Below the pieces are notes generated by a model. The model saw nothing but the letters and a program-made list of their open reading frames with translations, had not been told where the DNA came from and made no database searches. Shown here in pieces: positions 8,870-17,683 of a DNA stretch of 29,868 nucleotides. The position numbers were made by a program, and so were the translations under genes. Location: IMG/VR virus record IMGVR_UViG_3300027772_002567, positions 1 through 29,868 of that record. The stretch is one strand, 5' to 3'. The stretch's first letter is position 1, and every line of letters starts with the position of its first letter. The DNA is from a virus. Taxonomy: Duplodnaviria; Caudoviricetes.

Positions 8870-8877
8870 AAAGAGTA

Positions 8878-9444
8878 TTACTTACTAAACCTCAAGTCAA
8901 GTGCCTTCCATGTTGACCACAAGAATCTCCTGATTGACGCTCTGGTTTTATCTTCTCGGCTCACGGGTCGCACTATTTCCTGAATTGCCAAATCTAAAGC
9001 TCTACCGGATATATATGCAACCTTATAAATTGCATCTTGCCACTCATCACTGTTCTTGACTTTTTCCCAAGCGTACGGGTCAAACCTGTTGTACTTGCTA
9101 ATCATTTCATCGTCAACATTTGAGCGGGAACCCATTATTTCCATGTGCCAACCAGTTGCTTTTTCTATTGCAAACAACAGTTCTATTATTCCACGGTCAC
9201 CATCTGAATCTTTCAGATTTTTAGCCATGCGGTTAAATTTGCGCTCAGTAATCATCTGGCAATAGACATCCAGCATGTTGGAATAGTCTGTTGCTTCAGC
9301 CATAAAGGGGTTATTTTCCATGTCAGTAAAAGATGAATCCTCAATCATCTCCTGTATTGCGTCTAGATAGTCAGACTCAGCTGCGATTGGGTCAATGTCT
9401 GCGTAGTCCTCAGAGTCTTCGTCCATTGGTTCCCAATCTTCCAT
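8878..9444 (-). CDS. Hypothetical protein with acidic N-terminus
   Basis: 188-aa ORF packed in operon. Confidence 0.8.
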   Translation of the reverse strand: MEDWEPMDEDSEDYADIDPIAAESDYLDAIQEMIEDSSFTDMENNPFMAEATDYSNMLDVYCQMITERKFNRMAKNLKDSDGDRGIIELLFAIEKATGWHMEIMGSRSNVDDEMISKYNRFDPYAWEKVKNSDEWQDAIYKVAYISGRALDLAIQEIVRPVSREDKTRASIRRFLWSTWKALDLRFSK

Positions 9445-9446
9445 TT

Positions 9447-10466
9447 CTATGTACCAAGCAATGCTCTTTGCACTGCCAACTTCTTTTTTGTTGCAGAAGA
9501 ATTTTCATCCATGCTAGCGATTGCAAGTTCTTCTGGGCTAGTGAATCTATAGTGGTCTAAGTATTCACAAATAGCATTATATACCGACCAAGCGTTGTAA
9601 CCATATCCCGCAGCATTTCTCTCGTTTTTGTAAATAGAGTTAATTGCATCTTCTATGGAGTTCCGGTGTTCTCTTTGTCTCTTTGTTTCGGATTTTGTTC
9701 GAGGTGCAATTATTTTTAACACTGCATCCGAAATAGATGACACGGGTGTCTTTATAGAAAGAAGCTGCTCGGCACTACGGGTGAATTCATCTCCCCATTT
9801 AGTAGAAATTTCTAAAACTTCTTGAGCATCGTCAATTATTGAATCCATGTTTCGAGTATGTCTGGCTGTAAAAACTCTTCTCGCTGTTTTCTCACCTAGA
9901 ACAACAGTGTTGTTGCACACCGCTCGTATTTCGGTATTTGAATATCTTATTGGCCACACACCATCGTGGCCTGCTGAGATGACTAGGTATCTAGCGAGCT
10001 TGTCGTTAACACCAAGCGCATCAATTACGAGTGGACCGAGGTCTATTGTTGCAAAAAATCTTGAGCCGCCCTTAAGGCAGCCACATGTATCAATAACTGC
10101 GTCACCCTTTGATGCACCTACTACAGCAAGAGCTCTTTCGAGAACCTCGCTGTTCTGTCTTACCTCGTACCTTGTTCCAACTGTTGCCAACGGGTCAAAA
10201 GAGCCATCAAAATTCTGTTTTAGGGTCGCCCTACTGTCATTGATGACCACTGGTGAGCCATCTGAGTTTCGGATTAGCTCTCCGGAATCATCTACGGCAG
10301 CTACCTTGGTGAGAATAACGTCATAGTTCGCACTGGCGGCCTCAAGCATTGCCTCCATGGTCTGTAGGCCCTTCATGGGCGTTCCAAGCCGGTGCCAAGG
10401 CACCTGTCGGTCGTTGTAGGCCATACGAATCCTACCGTTTTTGGTTTTATCTAGTTCGTGAGCCAT
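9447..10466 (-). CDS. DUF932 / TIGR03299 phage-plasmid family protein
   Basis: MAH..., PWHRLG, RYEVRQN, GHDG, RAVCNNT, AWSVYNAICEYLDH; GGAGG RBS before ATG 10466. Confidence 0.9.
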   Translation of the reverse strand: MAHELDKTKNGRIRMAYNDRQVPWHRLGTPMKGLQTMEAMLEAASANYDVILTKVAAVDDSGELIRNSDGSPVVINDSRATLKQNFDGSFDPLATVGTRYEVRQNSEVLERALAVVGASKGDAVIDTCGCLKGGSRFFATIDLGPLVIDALGVNDKLARYLVISAGHDGVWPIRYSNTEIRAVCNNTVVLGEKTARRVFTARHTRNMDSIIDDAQEVLEISTKWGDEFTRSAEQLLSIKTPVSSISDAVLKIIAPRTKSETKRQREHRNSIEDAINSIYKNERNAAGYGYNAWSVYNAICEYLDHYRFTSPEELAIASMDENSSATKKKLAVQRALLGT

Positions 10467-10547
10467 TTTTCCTCCAACCAATTATCCCACAGCATTACTT
10501 TAGTCAAAATACTTGCAATTATTAAAAAGTGGCTGTATTCTTTTGTC

Positions 10548-11207
10548 ATGACAACAACTTACTCCCCAAAAACCCAAGAATTCCTCACTAGCTTTTCCGA
10601 CCAGGCTATCCAAATGATGATGATGACAAAGCTCATGGGTAGCAAGATTGAGAAAGGCCCAGTAGACACCCCATCTGTGCTCTTTTACGCAGTTCCAGGA
10701 AAAGACAACCCCCTCGAAGAGGAAGTTGGAGTTGTTGAGATTAACCCGGACGACGGGGCACCCGCAGACCACATTTTCAACTGGCTCATTGGCGTATACA
10801 AGGATGTTTCCGTTGCCCCAATATGGGGAGGAATAATTTCTGATGTCGTAGCCCATTGTGGAAGTAAAAGCGAACACGACACCGTTGAGCAGATGAATGA
10901 TATTAAAAGCAGGTATCCAGGAAAAAACCTGCAGGAGATTTTTAACGAAAATCCGCTCGAAAGCTCATTGACTGAGGGCTTGACAACAATCATTTTTGAC
11001 AGCTACGGGAACTTCGCTACCAATCTCACAACCTACAAGTATTCCGACCAGGGAACCCCTGTTTTCACTTTTAGCAAAAGCGAATTTATTGGCTCAATGT
11101 TTGGCGATGATGCTGATTCTTACTCAAATCAAAAACTGACTTCACAAATTCAGGCTTTTATCATTGCGGTTGAAATTTCAGAAAGCATTAAATCAAATGG
11201 AGAATAA
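10548..11207 (+). CDS. Hypothetical protein, probably leaderless
   Basis: TTGCAA(10513)-17-TATTCT then ATG 6 nt later. Confidence 0.8.
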   Translation: MTTTYSPKTQEFLTSFSDQAIQMMMMTKLMGSKIEKGPVDTPSVLFYAVPGKDNPLEEEVGVVEINPDDGAPADHIFNWLIGVYKDVSVAPIWGGIISDVVAHCGSKSEHDTVEQMNDIKSRYPGKNLQEIFNENPLESSLTEGLTTIIFDSYGNFATNLTTYKYSDQGTPVFTFSKSEFIGSMFGDDADSYSNQKLTSQIQAFIIAVEISESIKSNGE

Positions 11208-11436
11208 CGAAGCCTACATTGAATCGGTTCTCGCTCAATCGGCGCATGTTCTTCGACGTGTTGCCGTTATCCGAGACTACGGGTTCATATTTGATTCTGA
11301 AACATCAACTCTCTTGGACCAAACATTGGAGCTTATTGACACATTGAAGCCTATTGATGAAATGTCAGAAAATGAAAGCAAGAAGTGGGAACCCCCACCA
11401 GGACCATCATGTTCTGGATATCCAGGTAAGCAATGA
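11197..11436 (+). CDS. Small hypothetical protein
   Basis: Overlaps neighbours in operon fashion. Confidence 0.65.
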   Translation: MENNEAYIESVLAQSAHVLRRVAVIRDYGFIFDSETSTLLDQTLELIDTLKPIDEMSENESKKWEPPPGPSCSGYPGKQ

Positions 11437-11765
11437 TATTTTCATTTGAATTCAACTTGTCAAAGCTGCAAGCAGAGATGATAACTGAGGCACTTCTGGG
11501 AATGATTAATTCCGGAAAGCGTCTAGCCGTTTCAACAGATGACGAAGGAGACTTGCACACCTATCTCAACGGTCGAGATTTGAGTGAAAACGAAGTATCT
11601 CAGTTGATACTTGCTTTTCAGCAGTCTAACTCAATACTCGGAGAGATTGAACAAATTGAAGAAGAAGAGAATAGGGTTCAAGCAGAAAAAAATGCTCCTG
11701 GAGTGATTGACGACATTTACGAAATGCTTGATTCACCAGAAAACCCTTCACCCTTTAATCTGTAA
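11433..11765 (+). CDS. Acidic hypothetical protein
   Basis: ATGA overlap with upstream gene. Confidence 0.7.
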   Translation: MIFSFEFNLSKLQAEMITEALLGMINSGKRLAVSTDDEGDLHTYLNGRDLSENEVSQLILAFQQSNSILGEIEQIEEEENRVQAEKNAPGVIDDIYEMLDSPENPSPFNL

Positions 11766-12139
11766 ACTCCGTTCCCCAAATCGCCGCTTAAATATTCCCT
11801 CCATCTAACACTGAACTCCGAATGGGTCTCATTGTCTTTGGGTAAATAATCAAATGCGGTGTTGGCTTCCTTGAGTGTTACTTTTTCATCTTCGATAATT
11901 CCATGTTTTAAATAAAGGTTAGACAATGCGTCGTTGGGTGAATCACCAACACCAATCATTTTTGCTTCTTCTGAATCCCAAAAATCCAATGCTTCACAGT
12001 CGTCGCCTGATATGTAGTTAGCCAAACCTTCGGATTCCTCTAAATACTCTGCAATTGCAAACCACTTACCACCTTCGTAAACGCCCGAATAGCGTGATTC
12101 TCTTATCACTACTGGGTAAAGAGATATTGCGTCACTCAT
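11717..12139 (-). CDS. Hypothetical phage protein
   Basis: YPVVIRESRYSGVYEGGKWFA; start overlaps thioredoxin 3' end. Confidence 0.75.
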   Translation of the reverse strand: MSDAISLYPVVIRESRYSGVYEGGKWFAIAEYLEESEGLANYISGDDCEALDFWDSEEAKMIGVGDSPNDALSNLYLKHGIIEDEKVTLKEANTAFDYLPKDNETHSEFSVRWREYLSGDLGNGVYRLKGEGFSGESSIS

Positions 12140-12470
12140 CTTCGTATGATTCAGCTGACAAAACTTTCTCAAGTTCTGTAACAATGAAGTCCGGTCCGGC
12201 AGCTCCGACTATTGTTGAGACGACTTCTCCGTCAGCAAATATCAGAAGTGTTGGAATACTCATCACATTGAATCGTTGTGCCAACGCTCGGTTCTTGTCA
12301 ACATCAGATTTAACAAATCGTATTATCCCTTCGTATGCGGCACTGAGCTCCTCCAAGAGTGGGGTCATGTATTGGCACGGCCCACACCATGTAGCCCATA
12401 TGTCAAGGACCATAGGGGTTCCACTCTCCGCTAGAACTGAATCAAATTCGTCTTGGGTTATTTCTCTCAT
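12132..12470 (-). CDS. trxA: Thioredoxin
   Basis: WATWCGPC, FNVMSIPTLLIF; -10 TACAAT 6 nt before ATG 12470. Confidence 0.93.
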   Translation of the reverse strand: MREITQDEFDSVLAESGTPMVLDIWATWCGPCQYMTPLLEELSAAYEGIIRFVKSDVDKNRALAQRFNVMSIPTLLIFADGEVVSTIVGAAGPDFIVTELEKVLSAESYEDE

Positions 12471-12575
12471 ATGTCTATTGTATTCCCTATTTGTCCACCC
12501 ACAAATATGCCTTACGGGTTGCAATGGGCTAGGTGGGTGGCTATATTGACTGAACACCCATATTAAAGGAGCTTT

Positions 12576-12806
12576 ATGATTTACTCAGGCGATAACTGGC
12601 GCTCATCACGGGCGTGTATTGATGCCAGCACACTTACTTTTTTCCCTCGCAGTCGGAAGATACGACTACAGGCTCTTGCCTATTGTGGGATTTGCCTTGT
12701 TCGTGGTGAGTGTCTCAAGTATGCTCTTGATAATTCAATCGAGTTTGGAATCTACGGAGGAAAGACTGAAGACGAACGAAAGGTTATTTTGCGTCGCAGG
12801 CGATGA
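12576..12806 (+). CDS. whiB: WhiB-family transcription factor
   Basis: WRSSRAC...FFP...CGICLVRGECL...GIYGG; AAGGAG RBS. Confidence 0.92.
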   Translation: MIYSGDNWRSSRACIDASTLTFFPRSRKIRLQALAYCGICLVRGECLKYALDNSIEFGIYGGKTEDERKVILRRRR

Positions 12807-14740
12807 ACGAAAAAAGACTCTGGCTAAATGACGACCATCTAATAATCGACTTTCCATACGACCCAGATGAGGTCGCAGCGATTAAAAAGATACCTGGGGC
12901 AAAGTGGGACAAGCTTGCCCGTGTTTGGCGTGCTCCTGCTACGAGCCTTTCGCAGGTTAGGGATTTTGCAATACTCCATGACTTTGAAGTAGATACATCA
13001 ATAATGCTATTCAATGAGCCGGAACGGCTGAATAAGTCATTTGGTATGTGGAGCGACGATAGCTGGATTTATCTTGGCTTTAACTACGACCAAGTAAAAG
13101 TTCGTTCGGTTAAGCAGCTTCCCGGTGTTACGTGGGATTCAAAATCAAAAGCCTGGAAGGTCCCTAGGACAGCAGTTCGTGAAGCAATTCAATGGGCGAT
13201 AATGTTCAAGATGGATGTATCAGCAGAACTACATCTTGATGCAGAAGAGTTTGCTGAGGTTAGCAAAAAACGGGCAGATGCATCACGGGCTCACAGTGCA
13301 GAAATAGAAATACCAAACATCTCTGGTTCCCTTCTTCCGTATCAAATGGCTGGAGTTTCGTATGCCCATCAGGCCAGAAGGTGTTTCATTGCTGATGACA
13401 TGGGTCTAGGTAAGACTCTTCAAGCCCTAGCAACACTCGAGTACTGTGCGTCTCTCGGAGAAGATGTTTATCCAGCGATAGTTATGTGTCCATCAAACCT
13501 TGTCCTTAACTGGAAGGCAGAAGTTGAGAAGTGGACACCATCTAGGACCGCTACTGTCGTAACAGACCGTTCGGACTTCCCTGAAGAAGAACACGACATA
13601 ATCGTAATCGGTTATGCAAACATTCATCATTGGGTTAAAAGCCTCAAGGGATACAAGTCATTGATATGCGATGAATCTCACTACCTAAAAACGCCAACTG
13701 CTCAGCGCACCAAAGCAGCTATAAAGATTTCAAAAACTATCAAGTCTGGAGTTGTCTTGTGTCTTACCGGTACCCCTGTCACTAATAGGCCTGCTGAGTA
13801 CGCAAGCCAACTAGAGATAATTGGCCGTCTCAATGAGCTTGGTGGCACCTGGGGCTTCTATAGACGCTACTGCGGAGCCTTTAAGGACAAGTGGGGCCAC
13901 TGGAATACAGCTGGGGCAACAAACCTTCAGGAGCTGAACGAGATACTTCGTTCTCTTTGCTATATACGTAGGACAAAAGAGCAGGTTCTTCCAGAACTTC
14001 CAGATGTCATACACGATAGACACATGGTGAGCCTTTCAGAAAAGCACAAACTAGAGTATAAAAAAGCAGAAGACGACATAGTCGAGTACCTTGTACAACG
14101 CGCAAAAGAAATTGCTCTCGAAATTGGTAAATCTCCACATTCGGCTGCAGTTGTTGCACGGATAAAAGCTGAATCAAATGTCCACCTTGTAAAGCTGTCG
14201 GTGCTACGCCGTCTGGCCGCCAAGGGCAAGATGGAATCAATCAAGGAGTGGGTTAAGACCCAGATTGAAGCCGGCGAAAAAGTTGTAATTGCTGCACACC
14301 ATAGAGATGTGGTTGATGCCTTGGCAAATGAGTTTGGTGGATTAAAAATTCAGGGTGGCATGGATGTACACGAAGTTGAAAAAGCAAAGAAGGACTTTCA
14401 GAACCTATCTACGGAAGAAGCCCCTGTAATAGTCCTGTCTATGCAAGCTGCAAAAACCGGACACACACTTACGGCAGCTCAGAAGGTTCTGTTCGTAGAG
14501 CTCCCATGGACGCCAGCTGATGTTGACCAGCTATACAGTCGATGTCACAGGCTTGGACAAAAAGGTTCAGTAATGGTTACCTACGCAATAGCCACGGGCA
14601 CTGTTGATGAACAAATCTACGACCTAATTCAATCAAAGCGCTCAATAGTGAATGCTGCCGTTGATGGTTCGGACATTTCTTCTGATGATTCTTCAAGCCG
14701 GCTTGTACTTGATTACCTAAAACAAGGGCTTAGCCGTTAA
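12803..14740 (+). CDS. SNF2-family helicase with two N-terminal HARP-like repeats
   Basis: ADDMGLGKT, DESH, LTGTP, SRCHRLGQ; FPYD..IKKIPGAKWD and FNYD..VKQLPGVTWD repeats. Confidence 0.92.
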   Translation: MNEKRLWLNDDHLIIDFPYDPDEVAAIKKIPGAKWDKLARVWRAPATSLSQVRDFAILHDFEVDTSIMLFNEPERLNKSFGMWSDDSWIYLGFNYDQVKVRSVKQLPGVTWDSKSKAWKVPRTAVREAIQWAIMFKMDVSAELHLDAEEFAEVSKKRADASRAHSAEIEIPNISGSLLPYQMAGVSYAHQARRCFIADDMGLGKTLQALATLEYCASLGEDVYPAIVMCPSNLVLNWKAEVEKWTPSRTATVVTDRSDFPEEEHDIIVIGYANIHHWVKSLKGYKSLICDESHYLKTPTAQRTKAAIKISKTIKSGVVLCLTGTPVTNRPAEYASQLEIIGRLNELGGTWGFYRRYCGAFKDKWGHWNTAGATNLQELNEILRSLCYIRRTKEQVLPELPDVIHDRHMVSLSEKHKLEYKKAEDDIVEYLVQRAKEIALEIGKSPHSAAVVARIKAESNVHLVKLSVLRRLAAKGKMESIKEWVKTQIEAGEKVVIAAHHRDVVDALANEFGGLKIQGGMDVHEVEKAKKDFQNLSTEEAPVIVLSMQAAKTGHTLTAAQKVLFVELPWTPADVDQLYSRCHRLGQKGSVMVTYAIATGTVDEQIYDLIQSKRSIVNAAVDGSDISSDDSSSRLVLDYLKQGLSR

Positions 14741-14888
14741 TAACCTTTAAGCACTCTTTGCAGGTAACAAAAGATTTGTTGGTCGTAACATAATACGAGC
14801 CATCATCAAGACCACAAGAGGTTAAGTAAAAACTAACGCCGTGCCAGCCGTTGCTGTTGTGGACAACTTTAATTTCTTGCTCGCTCAC
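14730..14888 (-). CDS. 52-aa putative Zn-binding protein (not in ORF track)
   Basis: GGAG RBS, GTG start, MSEQEIKVVH...TSCG...VTCKECL; fills intergenic gap. Confidence 0.7.
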   Translation of the reverse strand: MSEQEIKVVHNSNGWHGVSFYLTSCGLDDGSYYVTTNKSFVTCKECLKVING

Positions 14889-14890
14889 TG

Positions 14891-15430
14891 CTACTCCAGG
14901 CTAAGTAAGAATGTCCCTGACTCCCACATGATTCCAATTGCTGAATAACCAATCACATCCATAACATTGTCCTTGATTGACTCGTTGTTTGGGTTTGTGT
15001 TATTGCCAACAAGGTTTTCAAGTCTCGCAATCTTGTCGTGAACCCTAACCATTAATCCAGCTCTACCAAATCGCTGAATGTTCTCGTGGCCATAATCATG
15101 CTGTTTTCGGCACAAAGTTTCGTGCACTTCAGGTGATGTCAAATTAAAACCAAGGGAGCGTGAGAGCATGCTGGCAAGCCTTCCAATCCCCCTCCACGCC
15201 TGTGAGGCATCTTTTGCTTCGTGATGAAACATGTCATCTATAAAAACGTCGTGTGAAACTCGGAGCATCTTGATAATGGGCATACTCGCATCTTCAAAGG
15301 ATGCAATAATCTTCGAGATGCTGTCCCACGCTAAATCTTGTTCTTCTTCTGGCGGCAGTATCTTGCTCAACGCAATTGCGGCGGCAGCATTCCATGTCTT
15401 TGGTGTTTCTTTATACATTTGCTCAGTCAT
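14891..15430 (-). CDS. DUF1599 nucleotide-modification-associated domain protein
   Basis: RKQHDYG...VRVHDKIARLENL...ESIKDNVMDVIGY. Confidence 0.85.
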   Translation of the reverse strand: MTEQMYKETPKTWNAAAAIALSKILPPEEEQDLAWDSISKIIASFEDASMPIIKMLRVSHDVFIDDMFHHEAKDASQAWRGIGRLASMLSRSLGFNLTSPEVHETLCRKQHDYGHENIQRFGRAGLMVRVHDKIARLENLVGNNTNPNNESIKDNVMDVIGYSAIGIMWESGTFLLSLE

Positions 15431-16916
15431 TTAATAATCCTTTGAAGATTTTTCCAAGCCATTCGGCTACGGGTGCAGCCACTCCGTTCCCGGTCTGTTT
15501 GTACCTCGCTGTATCGGGTTGTTCTTTGCCATCCGCACGCCACCTAGTGTGGTCCACGGGCCAGCCCATCAAAATCTCACATTCTTTTGGCAAAAGGCGT
15601 CTGACCACCATGTTCTGCAATACTCCGGTTGACTGTTTTGTTCCTGCCCTAATTGCATGATGAATGCCGCCATCAACAAGTTTGTCATTGTATTCATCGT
15701 AAGCAATCGCATCGATGACCAAATTTTCACCTCGGCTTGATGGGACTCCACCGTCACCACCACTACGAAGTGTCATTGCCACACCATCATTGAGTTCTTC
15801 CATTTGAGCAACCATGGGTGTGTTTAGTCCACCTGTTCCCATGAATGCAGTCAATGTGTTGATGGTGTCGCCTTGAAGACGAACGCCGTCCTGTCTGTGT
15901 GGGTGGAAGACTATTGGTGAGTTTTCATCTTCGTAGGCGACGCTTGGTGACTGTTGCGTAGCTTTGAGTGTTGGTGAGTGGTCTGTAAAAACATTTGCAT
16001 TTGAACCGAACTGTGTATCAAAAGAAAAAACTTGATTGTCTTCAACAATTAATTTATCTTCGGCAACATACTGGGTGCCAACTCCCCTCCAGTCTCTGGC
16101 TTGCAGTGTCCCTATGACATCTTGATATGAATCCGTTGTGGTTTCAATACTGTCTGTAAGTATGGTGCCTGGGCCCTTTGCATCACGGGCACGCAATGTT
16201 AGAGCGGTGTCTGTTTCTTGCCATTTAGCAAAACCGCTATTCTCGTATGCTAGGACTCCCTGTTCGCTACTGCTTCCAATGCTTGACGAAGCTTTTCCGG
16301 AAGCTTTTTGTTTCTCCTGTCGGCCCTTCTGAGAATGCCTTCGCACGCCCTCTTGGACAGGTAATAGCGGGATGGGACTTCGCTCTGCGGCACCAATATC
16401 GTATGTAGCACACACGAAGATGCGGCGCCGTCGCTGGGCGACTCCGTAGTACTGAGCATCAAGGATTGCCCAGTCAAGCGCCACGCACCCTGATTTGGCC
16501 ATTTCATCGAGGACGACCCCAAAGTCAGCACCCTTGTTGGAAGTAAGTGCTCCGGGAACGTTTTCCCAGATTGCGAGTCGTGGGTATTGTCCATTTGTTG
16601 CATCACGCATCTCCTTGATAATTCTTATTGCTTCATGGAACAAACCAGAGCGCTCACCTGAGAGGCCCTTTCGGACGCCAGCCACGGAGAGGTCCTGACA
16701 CGGACTTCCAAAGTTAATGCAGTCAACTGGTTCTATCTCGTTGCCTTTTACATCCCTGACATCTAGGTACTTGGGGATGTCGGGCCAGTGCTTGCTGAGT
16801 ATTCTCTGACATGCAGGGTCCCACTCAGCTTGCCATTTACATTGCCAACCGGCAGCCTCGAACCCAAGGTCGAAGCCGCCGACGCCGGCAAAAAGACTGC
16901 CGAAGGTAAGGCTCAG
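15423..16916 (-). CDS. C5 cytosine DNA methyltransferase (497 aa, probable CTG start)
   Basis: Frame extends 77 codons above the ORF-track start and holds motif I SLFAGVGG and IV GSPCQD; then ENV, QRRRR, RRLLPKEC, YKQTGNGV. Confidence 0.93.
   Translation of the reverse strand: MSLTFGSLFAGVGGFDLGFEAAGWQCKWQAEWDPACQRILSKHWPDIPKYLDVRDVKGNEIEPVDCINFGSPCQDLSVAGVRKGLSGERSGLFHEAIRIIKEMRDATNGQYPRLAIWENVPGALTSNKGADFGVVLDEMAKSGCVALDWAILDAQYYGVAQRRRRIFVCATYDIGAAERSPIPLLPVQEGVRRHSQKGRQEKQKASGKASSSIGSSSEQGVLAYENSGFAKWQETDTALTLRARDAKGPGTILTDSIETTTDSYQDVIGTLQARDWRGVGTQYVAEDKLIVEDNQVFSFDTQFGSNANVFTDHSPTLKATQQSPSVAYEDENSPIVFHPHRQDGVRLQGDTINTLTAFMGTGGLNTPMVAQMEELNDGVAMTLRSGGDGGVPSSRGENLVIDAIAYDEYNDKLVDGGIHHAIRAGTKQSTGVLQNMVVRRLLPKECEILMGWPVDHTRWRADGKEQPDTARYKQTGNGVAAPVAEWLGKIFKGLLND
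16250..16606 (-). CDS. Nested alternative-frame ORF, M.EcoHK31I beta-polypeptide-like
   Basis: SGKTFPE...SSMKWPNQG...STTESPS...VPSRYYLSKRACEGILRRA...LPEKL, recalled similarity. Confidence 0.7.
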   Translation of the reverse strand: MMQQMDNTHDSQSGKTFPEHLLPTRVLTLGSSSMKWPNQGAWRLTGQSLMLSTTESPSDGAASSCVLHTILVPQSEVPSRYYLSKRACEGILRRADRRNKKLPEKLRQALEAVANRES

Positions 16917-17392
16917 AAAGGTTCTTCCTCAAATGAGTCAATATCGTTTCGGCTGGTTGCTGGACGAGCGCCTGCTCGTGCTGGTGTTTTCTGTGCAGGA
17001 CGAGCATTGACAGGATTGCCTGAAGCATTCTCTACCTTTGCTTTGCGCTGCAATGTTTCAATGTTGCGTACAGATACGCCGATTTCGTCAGCAAGGATGT
17101 TCACTGCTGAACGCTTCTTGCCTGTTTCTTTGTCGTCCCATGTTTCTTGCTCAAGACGACCCGTGACTGTTACGCGAATTCCTTTTTCAAGCACACGGGC
17201 TGCATCTTCTGCAAGGTTTCGCCATGCAATGACATTGAAGTAGGAAGTCTTTTCTTGCTTCTCGCCTTTTGCGTCGGTCCAGAAGTTGTTGACCGCAACA
17301 GAGAATGAAAGCTTCCCTGCTCCTGAGTCAAAATAACGCATTTCTGGGTCCGCCGTGAGGTTTCCGGTTATTGTTACTGGCGCTGATGACAT
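16913..17392 (-). CDS. ssb: Single-stranded DNA-binding protein
   Basis: TITGNLTADPE, FSVAVN, AWRNLAE, VTVTGRL, acidic EEEPF tail. Confidence 0.96.
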   Translation of the reverse strand: MSSAPVTITGNLTADPEMRYFDSGAGKLSFSVAVNNFWTDAKGEKQEKTSYFNVIAWRNLAEDAARVLEKGIRVTVTGRLEQETWDDKETGKKRSAVNILADEIGVSVRNIETLQRKAKVENASGNPVNARPAQKTPARAGARPATSRNDIDSFEEEPF

Positions 17393-17462
17393 GTTCGTAT
17401 TCTCCTTGTGTTTGGTTTATGTATCGCCGAAAGCAGCATATCACTCGTGGTAGGCTCTGTCA

Positions 17463-17681
17463 ATGGCCACTAACCCTTTTGAAATAAGGCTTTCGTTAAC
17501 CAATGCGATTGCCAACTCGTTGTTTGACATTGCTTTTGATGAGAGCATATCGGACAAGGAGCTAGCGCAGCAACTTGAAGATTACAAAGATGTTGCAGTA
17601 ATGATTCTTGAAGACCTCGGGTGTGAGGTCATTGAACTCAAAGACGGAAAGATGATTTGTTCCTTCAGTCCACAAAAATAA
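17463..17681 (+). CDS. Small acidic protein directly preceding the array
   Basis: TGG-TAGGCT -10 six nt before ATG; stop 2 nt before first CGGGACT. Confidence 0.75.
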   Translation: MATNPFEIRLSLTNAIANSLFDIAFDESISDKELAQQLEDYKDVAVMILEDLGCEVIELKDGKMICSFSPQK

Positions 17682-17683
17682 CA

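Noticed and set aside
9847-10326. Antisense ORFs such as 9847-10326, 12055-12549, 16788-17243
   Set aside because: Shadows of well-supported genes on the opposite strand
15423-16685. Truncated or pseudogene methyltransferase, as implied by the ORF track
   Set aside because: Frame is open to 16916 and contains motifs I-IV
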